A stretch of DNA of 64,000 nt from Ruditapes philippinarum. Lineage: Eukaryota. Below the pieces are notes generated by a model, which saw only the letters and a program-made list of their open reading frames with translations, ran no database searches and had not been told where the DNA came from. Made by a program: the position numbers and the translations under genes. Location: contig NW_026865120.1 in the NCBI RefSeq assembly GCF_026571515.1, positions 1-64,000 on the forward strand, written 5' to 3'. This document shows, one piece after another, positions 27,099 through 39,800 of the stretch (positions are counted from its first letter, which is position 1; every line of letters begins with the position of its first letter).

Positions 27099-29340
27099 AT
27101 GCAAGGAAATATGTGGATAGTTTCTTCTGTTGTGTTATTGAGTCTGATCAATTTTGTTACGGGGCATGGACGGCTTATAGACCCTCCATCTAGATCTAGT
27201 GCACACAAACATGGATTCCCCTTAATACCAGTAAATACTATGGATCATCAATTGAATTGCGGAGGTTTCTGGGTAAGGCAATTTATCAGGCCGTTATTTA
27301 TCTATTTATTTATTTATTATTTTGAAAAAGGTTATGCGACACTGTCTTTGAATTTATCGGCCATTTCTCTATAAACCGGTGTTATTGACGATAATGACCG
27401 TTCTAGCTCAGTTTCCATCACTTTAGTTAAAACAAAAAGAATAATCATATGTAAATAATAAAGCATCAAATACTACAATTACAGTGTAAAGTAGCAAGTT
27501 TAAAAGTAATTAACGCAGTTGATGTTTTTCCCATTTGTTTCCGCATAGACATGGCTACTATATGAATTATTCAAAATAACATCAATTATGCTTTCAAGTT
27601 AATTTCATGAGAACATATCGTTAAGGTTTGCATAGTGTGACACTTACATTAACATTTGATAATACACTTGCTCTAATATTTCAGAATCAATGGGGAGTTA
27701 ATCAAGGTCGTTGTGGTGTTTGCGGGGATCCATATCAAGGTCCTCGTGAAAACGAGGCTGGCGGGAAATACGCAACAGGAACAATAGTACACACTTATAC
27801 AGAGAATGCGCAGATAATTGTTGAGCTTGGTATGATTGTATTTATAGGTTGATAAATATAACTGTTACTGTATCGTCTTTATTATAATATTAAGCACTGT
27901 AGATTTAATAAGAAGACAGAGCGGAGGTCAGTAGTCTTAATTGCAGATAATTTCGTTAGATTCAAAAGTCAAACTGTATAAAGGTCATGTCACGACTTTC
28001 CAGCCGTACTGATGGCAGGATGGCTTTAGGTATAAAGCTAATTCTTTTTTCAGGCACATGCGTATAACAAGCTAGCTTGATAGTTTCTCAAATGAAATAA
28101 TTAATAGCACAACTAAAGAGCTAGCGGGGAACTAATCCGAAGTCAGCGGCCTTGTTCACAGGACCTCTTACTTTATTAATAAGCATGCCGCAGAAATATT
28201 GGGACAGTTCATTAAATGTGCTCCTCATTTCAGATATAACTGTTGCACATGGTGGATGGTCGGAATTCCGAATTTGTCCCAACAACGACGTACATAAACC
28301 TGTCACGCAACAGTGCTTAGACAAGTTTATTCTAGCGTCACCTAGTGGCGATACCAGATACATACACCAGCGAAAAAGAGGCACATTAAGGATTCCACTT
28401 GTTTTACCACCTGGTCTAACATGCACTCAGTGTGTTTTACAATGGAAATGGAACGCTGGTTAGTAATAATCTCATTATATTCCATATCTAATACAAATCT
28501 TTGTATACTAAAGAAGGGGAGTTGGTTGGATCGATTCGTTTTCCGAAGAACTAATTTTCTTACCTAGTTAATGTAAATGGCATTTTATAAATCTTCAAAT
28601 ATACGTTCTGTCAAGTATGTTAATCTAACAAAAATTACAGAACTATGTAGCGAATTTCAAAGTATACCACTAAAAAAGCGACGGATTCAATCATACCGAT
28701 TGAATTTTTCACCATTTTCTTGCTAAATTTGTCGCCTTGGTTTATGACCGCTTTATATTCAAAACTATAAATTGCAAGTGTTAAGGGTTTAAATCAATCT
28801 CACCATCTCGACTCTTTCCGTCAATAAGTATTTAGTATGGAAGTCAAAATACTACTTTGTTTTCATTTTGCTTTCTTTACGGCACAAAGCTGCATGTTCA
28901 GTGCTAATTTTTTTCAGTCGTAAAACATCTTACGTGCACTTAATGCATTATGAAAACATTATTAAACATTTCTAATTAAAATGTATTTCTGAGGCATTAT
29001 GTGCCTTTAAAAGAAATATGGAAACAAAACATAATCTTATGTATTGTACATTACAGCCAGTAATTTCAACTGCGATCCAATCACCCACAAATGCTGTAAG
29101 GGTTGTGGCCTGCAAGAACAGTTCTACGGCTGCGCTGATATATCTATAATAAAACCATACAGGCCACCAACAATCAAACCATACAACGGACAATGGGCAT
29201 TCAACCATATTACAACTGTGAAATCAGACAGCGCGAAAATTGCATCAAAACCTACCACAGTGAAACAAAATTTCATTCCTCCGTTTAATCGTCAAACTCA
29301 ACCATATGGCTTTATTCCGATCTTCAATCGCCGTGGTTAA
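27099..29340 (+). CDS. AA15-family LPMO, paralogue 3, 275 aa, secreted
   Basis: Exons 27099-27272, 27685-27829, 28234-28458, 29057-29340 (828 nt). The signal peptide ends NFVTG|H. Motifs: HGRLIDPPSRSSAHKHGF, CGVCGDP, ITVAHGGWSEFRIC, CTQCVLQW, GCGLQEQFYGCADI. The tail ends PYGFIPIFNRRG*. AATAAA occurs at about 29387. Confidence 0.95.
28840..29010 (-). mobile_element. TTAA-flanked MITE fragment in LPMO3 last intron
   Basis: gtcaaaatactactttgttttcattttgct...tttctgaggcattatgtgcctttaa matches 62303-62493 and the reverse complement of the 11.3 and 26.7 kb copies. Confidence 0.65.
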
Positions 29341-30184
29341 CTGCACGAGGTTCTCTCGCTAACGTCTATAATTCAATGGGCTTTCAATAAAAAACATCCT
29401 TTTGTATACAGTTCATATTTACAAGTACATTTTTTGATGTATTTTATATGATTTTTGAAGAAGTGTTTATCTGCAAAGACAAGACTGTTTTACATTTTAC
29501 ATTTTGTTAAACGTATCTAATATTGACAGTGATACTTTATGTCATGTCTGAATGTTTTTCATGCATAATCTATGTTTTTCTATTGCCTTTTGTCTTTTGT
29601 ATTTTTATCATTTTACAATTTTATTAAAAAACACTAGTTACAAAATTGTGTTGTTTTTTTACTTATAAAGGATAATGAATTTAGTTGTCTAGATTCTAAT
29701 ATATAAACATGTTGACCGGACGGTTCTATTCAAAACATCATGTTTGTTCGTTCGTTTGGTCGGGTTAAACCCCAGATTATCAATATTTAGATATAGTGAC
29801 ACATCAGTGTTTGTCCTTCATTTAATGAGGACTTCTCACAATGAATCAACTTAATCCATAGAAAAGGGCAACATTTGCACAGGTATTAGACATAATTTAA
29901 TCACTCCAAAGACTTGAACTAGCATACTTAAGGTGCATGGACGTTACTTTAACCTTGCCATGAATAGTTAACTTCAATGACGATAGGTTCATAAACTCTG
30001 TTATGTTATAAATAACGCACATGGTGGGATAAGATAATGTTCATAAATATCATAATGCAACATGGTAGTTTGCATAGTCCGAACAACCAAAAGCGTGATA
30101 ATAGTTGGCTGACGCAAAGTTCAACCGTATCTCTTATCATCTACATCATTCATTGCAGCTGACATTGATGAACTAATGCTAGCG

Positions 30185-30470
30185 TGTGGACGTGAAAAAG
30201 AGCCTCCTGTGGGGATTGCCTTCAATAGTTGAGACATAATATTAACAGCCATCGCTTATCCCTTATCGTGATCGTAAGAAGCGACAAAATAAGCCCGAAT
30301 GCATATAACTGGAGTCTATGCATCTCTTAGTTCCAACAGGTGAGGTGGTTTTGGGCCCTGGTGCGGCTTTGAATTATTAACACCAGAGGTTAGCCAGAAT
30401 TACCTTTTCTGTTCAGGCGCCAAATGACCTATACTGTGTTGGCATGGTGCGCCGTACAAACAAGCAAAGA
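30185..30470 (+). mobile_element. Degenerate SINE body and tail
   Basis: The 3' tail gacctatactgtgttggc...gtgcgccgtacaaacaagcaaa is shared with 36745-36793 (minus) and 61470-61530. Confidence 0.5.
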
Positions 30471-30890
30471 AAACTAGGATTGGAATTTGCTATTTCAATG
30501 CCAGTATCATTTGATATATCAACTTAAAAGGGGTTTATTTATAAAAAAAAGTGTAAGATATAAACAGCGATGTAAACATATATTGAGCAATGAGGTTATT
30601 TAGAATGTATCAAGCATTTAAAATATAAAATATATATTAAGATATAACGATACAATATTCATTATTTGTCATAAACATAGATTCATATACCGGAAGTGAA
30701 CATATTTCTTTCAATTTAGAAAGAAAACGTACATAAGTTTCCCAATATTGTGAGCTATGAAAGGAACTCCACTGACGTACAAAACTAAAAATGATAATAA
30801 CATTGACATTTGATTTTTTTCATTTACATATGGATTAACACAATATTTAGGTATTTTGTTAGATTAAACAGTTGTATATAGATAATAATG

Positions 30891-33800
30891 TCATGGTTTC
30901 CACGGCTTCTTTCGAAATAATTGTTTAGGATAGGTTTTTTCTTCTGGAGGATAAAAGTTGTCCATTTCTTGTTCGAAGTTGCGCTGTTGCGAATGTGAAA
31001 TGAGTATTGACCGGTTTGCTTTGGAAAAATGGTTTGCAAGTCCACCGTTCTGAAAACCTACATATATAGGCGACTCCATGGATGTAATACCTCTGTCTAC
31101 TTTATAGTAACTATTGAAGTTGTCCCAAAGGTCAGTCTCTCCTGAATGAACGTCTTTTTCTGGTTGTTTTGATGTAGTGTTATGCAATTTGTTTACTGCA
31201 TTGTCTGTATCTTTGTCATCACCTGGCCATATCTTTACTTTTCCTGAAATGCATAAATTTCTGTTAGAGATTCTGTAGTCTACTTAATTCGCTAGATTAA
31301 TATTTGTTAATCATTATCTAACTCTATCATTTGTCCAACGTATGGCAACATCGAGCCACTTGTTAAAATTGGAATCACAAATATATGGGTAAAGGGGATA
31401 TTTACTGTACGATTGGATACCTTAGTAAAACAAATTATTTAACATTTCTTAACGATTGGGTACTTAAGAAAAATATTTTATCATACATAAGTCATATGTA
31501 TAGCTGTCTGTTATGATACTATGAAACATAGTCTGTGGGATTTAAAGCCCGACAGTCTGTTGAAGGACAGACGAATGGGAGTCCTCGACCTCAGCAATTA
31601 AGAACATAAGTTAAAGATAAATATGAGAATAAACACAGAGAGAAAGGCACTGCATAGAGTACGCAGTTAAACGCCAAAGAAAGGCAAACATAGTAAAATA
31701 GAAGGCCCTAGACACCTCAAAGTGGTATACATAAGAGCTTGGATACAGATCCGTGTCATAGATGAGAGAAACGGATAACTATTATAACATAATTATTATA
31801 CACTAGGACTGGTCTCAGCTAAGGAAAATTATGGACAAAAAGAAAATGGAAAAGATCATGTAAAAATGGCATATGACTTCAAAAGTCATCATAAGTCAAG
31901 TAATTGAAGTAGGAAGTGAAATGATTAAATATGAAAAGGAAGAATGGCGCTCAATGAACGCATCCCCAACACACGTTTACCGGCAGCCCAGCAGGACAAT
32001 TATTATGTCGACCAAAAAAGCACCTGTGATACCTTTGATAGGGCAATCATGTCATTTAAAGTATGATGAAACGTGGTCATCATATATAACATAACTAGAC
32101 TAAAACTATTGCAAAGCCGAGTAAAAAAAAACATAGCTCCTATGATTTCTATAAAATGAATTTCATGAAAATCTGCTAAGATATTCTACCTTTTTGACAA
32201 AGCCATGTCATCAACACAGTATGAGCATCCAATGTAATAAGTGTAAGCACTACTCCAACGACAACCATAAGAGTGCCCAGTCGCCCTACAAATGAGAAAT
32301 AAAATTTGTCTAACAAAAATGGATAAAAGACTAATTTAGCTATAGACAATAGTTAACATGCGTAAACAGAATCGTAAGAATATTTTTTCTTGCGTCTTAT
32401 ATAATGACAAATGTTACATGTATCAATATACAATGTATAAGAATAGATATAAGAATATACATACACATTTAAACTGTTAAACATTCGACCATTATGGTCT
32501 ACATGTCACCTTAGATAACTTTAAGATAAGCACGTCTACAATATTGTGATATTAATTAAATGTAGAAGATAAAAAATAACAATTTCTATAACGTAAATTT
32601 ATATGCTTATGTTGCATTATCAATTTTAACATGTATATCTGGAGAGAAACGGATATGAAATGTGCTTTTAACCTGTTTTTGTAATTTATCATTCTTACTT
32701 TTGTCAGAGTCGAATATCAATGATAAAGTTGTTTGATTATATTGTCCCTCGGTACTTTCGCAGGAAATAACGAGCACAACGGTGTAGGTACTCCATTGTA
32801 ATATGTCGGATATTAATGGTGTCCTTGTAAGGTACACACTGTAATCTTTAAAATATTGACAATTTTAAAATGCATTACATCCATGTATACAGTAAAAAGG
32901 AGTCTTGTAGAGTGCGGAAATAATATGGTAAAGCACTCTTTTTATTATATAACATGAAAAAAACATATATTTATTAAAAACAGTATGCGGAGTACGGACA
33001 TCGAGACCAGGAGGACCAGGAAAGTGTGTTGTCATTTACGTTGTTATCAATACGACATGTCGACTAATGTTATGATATACAACATTCAGCATATTTAAAA
33101 AAATGATGCAATATGCAAACTCAACTTGGTAATGATTGTCTGATGACTGTTGTCTGTTGTACAAAAAACAAATGTAACTGAAGTTTCGAATTTTCCCTTC
33201 CCTCAAACAATTATGATAAATATAATTTAAGCATGGTAACAATAGAGAAAAACGGACTTGTCACAAGAACACCCGAAACTGAAAAATTGAAAATGTTGCA
33301 GACTTTGATTGAGCCAGTCAATGGACGGTAGTAGTAGCAGCAAAATACCCACATATCCCCTAACACTAGCTTCAGCAGAATTTAACATCTAAACAAACAT
33401 AAACATAGTGTCCTTTAATTTGAGTAATAACGGAACCTTAAATATGACAAGTACATAACATACCACGAACAGCGATATATGGCCTCCAAGAAAAGCTTAC
33501 ATATAAAAAACAAGGGGCATTACTTAATAAAATGGAATTATGAAAGGCAGATCAGAGGTTATGAAGATAAGTTTGGCCCACGTTTCTTCTGATTAAACAT
33601 TCCCTCAATATATCTGAAACAAGTTTCATAATGATTTGTTATACCTTAAATTAAGATGCACTAAACAAAGCAATTTGTTACCTGTTTTACTTCTATTTCT
33701 TATATCAAAGGTCGCATGGTCTGGAAATGTAGAATGTACGTAACAGTCAACATTGTCTACATCACGTTGCCGTGATATTGTGAAGTCATAAACGTGTCCT

Positions 33801-36800
33801 GTCTCCAAGGCTGACAACTCGATGCTACTCGGAAGCGAATTGAATATTATTGGCTGAAAAAATATTTCAGATGTTTATTTATACATTGATCTGTTTGGCT
33901 TGTAACATGCCACATGTTTTGATAAGTACAACCGAAATCACTGCCGGCATGGCCTAGCGGTTAATCTATGTAATCGAAGGATCACTAGCAGGTTAAAATT
34001 CCATCAAGGGCAAGCCAATTTTACTTGGCAAGAACCTTAAAACGCATTGCTGATTTGTTCCAGGAACGGATGTGTGACTCTTGCTTTCAAATTATAGCTC
34101 CATTTATAATCAAACTTAGATAAAGTATGTCAAGTTAATTCAAGTGTATAAATGATAAGACTTAAATTAGTGTTATTCAATGAATCACAAGCTTACAATT
34201 TATATAATTTAACTTTAGATATACTGGGAACTGCCTTCAGCTGAGAAATTGCTGTAAAAATGTGTTGTGTATTACATATAAATCACAAAGTTGAATGTAA
34301 ATTAAACTTTAGAATAGGAATAGATAATCATAAGGTTAAAACAACAAGAAGGAATTTATAGTATAAATATAGTCGCAAACTATTGAAAAATATAAAACAA
34401 AAATACCTTAGGGTCGTTATTAACAGTAATATTGATAGCGCAGGTGCTGCTGCTGTCAGAACAAGAATCGTAAACCTCAACTGTTAGTTCATACAGAGTT
34501 GAGGGATAGTCAGGGGACAGCTCTCCAGACACTGTTATTTCACCTATAAGAAAAATGTGAATAAAACGCACAAAACCATACGATTTATCTTCACATGAAT
34601 TAAGGGCTAGGCAAATTTACGGGATTAATATAAAGAATAAAATGGAGCTTATATTCATTATTACCGGTTATTAAATTAAAGTGTGTTGATACCCTGTTAA
34701 AGGGTACTATTCCAAACCAAAAATCTTCGGTAAATGAACAGCTCTGAATCAACACGTTCATGTTGATATAGAGTGTTTGTTTTCATTTTGCTTATAAGTA
34801 ATCTAATATCAAACAAAGCATATTTAGATTTTAACGATATGTTTTAAAAAAGACCATGTTTCACCATAAAGGTAACAAGCTTTTTAGAGAAGTAGTCGTC
34901 AATGGTTTTATAAAAGCAGAACAATTATTTCATTGTAATATAATTGACATGACTGCCTTGAAAGAATAAAGGCAATTGGTTTAATTTATGTCTGTTGCAT
35001 GTTAATTGAACGGAAATAAGACTTGTTGTACTGTACTAGGTGACTGTAAGTATTTTTTCGTTTATTTTTTACCGGTCTTTAACACAAATAATGCTGCCGC
35101 CTGATAATAATGATGAGACAAATATATCTTAGAGACAAACCTGTATTAGAATCTATTGCAACAGGTAATGATTGGTCATTTGAAACAAATTTAATTGAGG
35201 AATCCGGATCGTGCATGTCCATATTTTCAACGTGCAAGTTGATCACGTGTTCACCAACATCCAGCGTGTCTGAAATAGTTTTGTGTTTGTCTGTGCAACT
35301 CACTGAGCTCTCTGAAATAAGACAATGGATAGCATATGTTGTGTGGAGAATAAAGAAATCGACTGTGAACAATTATAAACTGATAAGATGGGCACATACT
35401 TTAAAAGGAAAAATGCATTGATTTTTCATGTTTATATTATTTTCTGTATATGCAGTTAAGGAATTTTTAATTAAATTTATATTGCATGAAGAGAACATAA
35501 AACAATAATAAAAAGTAGAAAAGAAAATGAGAACAAAGATTAATAAAACAAGGCGTATTTTACAGAACGCTTCCCCGACTCAATCCAGCCAGACCAGCAG
35601 GGCACCGGAAGGCACCGAACTGAAAACAGGAGAGTACACAAGGGCTTTGAAGTTGCCAAGTTCGGACAACAGTCAGATAAAATTCCTTACTTTTGTTCAT
35701 GTAAGCTTTTAAAGCATATCCTCTGACGTCAGAAATGCCAAGATGCGTGGACTGTTTAGTAACAAATTCAACAGCGTCACCAATTGATGCTTCCAGTGCA
35801 TTTGTATTTACCAGTTGATCCTCTGCGCACACACTGGGGTCGGTTGGTGAAACCGGGTCACAAGTTGTGTAGCGTAAAATTGAAACGTCTTTTTGTACGC
35901 TTTGATGTGTAAAAGAAAATTTCTTATGTAAAATGCATAACAGAGATTATATGAGTAAACTATTTTAAGATAAAGTGGATTTTCCTAAAGGTTCATATGA
36001 GATTATGTAAATGTGCAACATGTCTTACCAATCCCCTGTCCCCCTATATCACTGGCTAAAGCAGTATTCAATCAACATTCAAAAATTACTTAGGACCAGA
36101 AAAAAATTCAATATATAACAATGCAGTCTTAAACACCATCAACTATTTTTTAACTGCTTTCGCATTTACTACTTTGAGCAATAATTAATTCACGACTTAG
36201 GTATTAATTTGTTTCTATGTCGTTCAAACCAAACCAGATTTGTTTACAAATTGTTAAAGCAACTCTATCCTTATCTTTGTTCTACATAACACCAAATGAT
36301 ATTTTACAATAAATACTTACAACCCAATTGTGTCGCCTGGTTTAACATGGATTGCATTTTTGTTCGATATAGATCGACCTTCTTTAGAAATGCCATTTGC
36401 TGAAAATAAAATTATTTCTAATAAAAAATGTCATTGGTAAACAATCGTTGCTGGATGCATTGATTTTACATATACTATGTTTTATCTACTTCTGCATGCA
36501 ACAATATTAATACATTATAAACAATTGATAATCAAAATAAAAAAATCATGAAATTGTGTTATTCTTGTTATTGACATGAAATGAAACATTTTAGAAGAAA
36601 TCATCGGATACGCTCATGTTCATTGTCAAAATTGATCGTTGGTTTTCTCATGTTAATACAATATATAAAACAACGAGTGCATTCTTATTTGTACTCAAGC
36701 TTCCTAAACTAACAGACAAGTAAATCAAATATAATATTTGTAAGTTTGGTTTGTTTGACGGCGCACCAACACAGTATAGGTCATATGGCGCCAAAACAAC

Positions 36801-39800
36801 AGAGATTATTTTAGCTAACCTCGGGTGTTATCAAAGATAATACAATCAAGGGATAATAACATCAGTGTACAAAGTATGGCACGAGCATTAAACGTCTGTA
36901 ATTGATAAGCGCGAATGATTTGAAATTTTGCACATAAGTTACGATCTACGTGAAATGATATAAAAATCTCAAAAACACATTTCAAGTCCGGACATGTCAA
37001 AAATCCTCAGTGAAGTCCCTTTTAAGGTTTTGATAGAAAAACAAAAATACTGTACATAAGTGTCAGACAAAGATGGGTTTAATACATACATTTATGTCTC
37101 ACTGCATTTTGACCCAGCAACATATACTTGTTTTCTTCTACAACACGTCTCCAAACCTGAACTATTACCCACCCAGGTCCTTCCATATACATTTCCCAGG
37201 CTATTATTATTCCACAACACTGGATTGTTCCAATGGGATTTGCCATCAAAATTGTGATATCTAGCCAACATAATGATGAAAAATAAAGTAAAATTTCATT
37301 TAAAATCAGTACAGTTATATATAAAAATCATAAAGTAGATACCAACTTTATTTCATGAAGAGCAATTAATGTAATAAGTCTATATTGTATTTTATATGTA
37401 TATCAAGCAAGATGTTATGTATGGGAGGAATACAATATAAGTGTATATAAATTGTTTTTTATGGAATGGCACGAAAGTGCCATATTAAAAGTCTCATGGT
37501 AAGCCGTATGAACACATTTGAGGATGTTCCGAAGTTTAAAATTTCACCATTTTCGTGTTAAAATGTTAAATTCTGCTCAAGCCGGCGCTAAGATTGTACT
37601 TTCCAGTACCGACCATGAACAGGCTTTTAAGGGATTCCGTTTTTCTCTATTTTATGATGATTCAAAATTTATACAATAGCGTTTTATTTATTTATTTTTT
37701 GTTGGGGGTGTTGTTGTTTTTAATCTTGTAAATTTCAAGCATTAATGTCACTTTTCGTTTGTCTTGTACTACGTTTCTACAAACAAAATAATGAAAAATA
37801 ATATTTTTAAAAAATCAAAAAATAAAGTTGATATACTTGTGTACATAAATTGACAAGTTGAAAATAAGTAAAGATAATAAATGCAATATACTAGTAACTA
37901 ATAACGATGTATACATCTAAGAATTTCAAGAATGTGCCTAAACTGAGGTTACAGGCATGGACATTAGAGTTTATAACAAATTAAAGGCTATCTGTTTTCA
38001 GATGTATTAGGAAGAAAATACTTTAATATATCAAACATTCAAGTATGTACATATAAACATTACATTACATTTATGGTGGCCGCATAACCGAGTGGTTAAC
38101 GCGTCGGACTAGCAATATAAGGATTGCTAGCCGTGTGGGTAGGGGCAAATCGTTGTTTCCTTGAGCAAGAATCTTTACACTAATTGCTCAGTACTGGTTT
38201 GTTCCAGGTACGGATTCAAAAGTGTGTTAATACAATTATAGCTTCCTCGTAATTGAACTAAAATAAGATATGCACAAAGACAGTACATAATAACAATAAA
38301 GCCTTAGGGTTTTAAAATATATACGACTGATAAAGAAGCATCGATGATATCAAAGCAATACTTACTTGCGTCTAGGGAGTCTGGAGAATTCACATTGGCT
38401 GCATCAATGTCCCCGGAACCAACTACCTGCCGGTAGGTGCACAGTGCTAAATCATGATTAAAAACTATAACATTTTTGCTTGATACATCACTATAATTAT
38501 CGTTTAATTATTATAAATATAAGATGTATTTATTATCGTACATAAAATCTATATAAATATATATACTATAAAATATATAAAATAATGATTCTAATAATGT
38601 TTATAAATATAAAATTAAAGTAACATTATGCCCATCCATGGGTAGATATAGAGTGAACAGGTTAAAGTCAAAAGAAGTTAACAATTTCTCATAATTATTT
38701 TCAATTCTATAATTTACTTCACATGAACGATAAATAACTTACTAGACCCTGTGAAATGTGTGTAACTATCCGTCGGAATGTATCAGTAACTTTCAATTTA
38801 TAAAAAGAGTGGGGCAGTTTTTTTATATTTAGGTAGATTTACTTTTTACCCTGAACATTTTCAAATATCATGTGTTGGTCGAACACCATTATAACGACCA
38901 GTTTATTGAAATATATAGTCAATTAAAGTGAATTTGACAATGAAAAAATGAGCAGAATGTCACTTAAAACATTTATTAAACTTTATACGGAAAATCAATC
39001 TTTAAGTAAATCATCTATTAATGTAAAGAAAATGTTATTCAAAATGAATTTTGTTTAGATATAGATCTTGCTTAAGCTTTCACTCGTATCATTATCGTGA
39101 AGAAAATCGATAACTGATCAAAATATAACCAAATGTATCGTAGTAAGTTTTGTTTAATTAAGTTAACAATTTGGTTTGGTTCAAATGCAACATAATTTTA
39201 TTGAACAATTTACACTAATAGAATATATATGTACATGTTATGTTTTTAACTGTATAAAAATAAAAAAAAAGATCTTAATATTGTTAAAAATATTGTTATA
39301 ATCTTTATATGTTTTGTGTCAATTTTGTTTGTTTGAGTTAAATTTGTTTCAATTATGTAAATGTTCATTGACAACTTATTCTCTAAATAATTATTATACA
39401 ATTTATTATTAAAATATATTTATTAATAATTATTTCAAACTGTGTTTATGTATTTCAAACGGTTTGATATTTCAAAAGTTGTTTTAAATATAAATGTTTA
39501 TGTGGAAGTATCTATGGTACTTTTATATATTTATGAAAGGTTCCATTAACAATACAATTAAATTACCATCGTTGTATATACAAAACAAACTAACGAAAGA
39601 AATGAACTATCCATTTTTATTCAAAAAGTGGAAGAATAAAGTAAAATATTGCGATATTTGCAAATGAGAAAAACGACTTGATACTTAAGCCAATGTTTAG
39701 ACACAAAGGGACTGTATTTATATATGTTCGCTAAGGAAAAAGAGGGTCCAACCACCTACAGTCAGGCAAACAAAGTACGGGACATGTCAACAGTCAACAT

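Noticed and set aside
12136-29340. Bacterial AA10 LPMO or recent horizontal transfer
   Set aside because: Spliceosomal introns in conserved positions and the CGxCGD / CxxCVLQW / GCGxQExFxxCxD cysteine pattern indicate native animal AA15.
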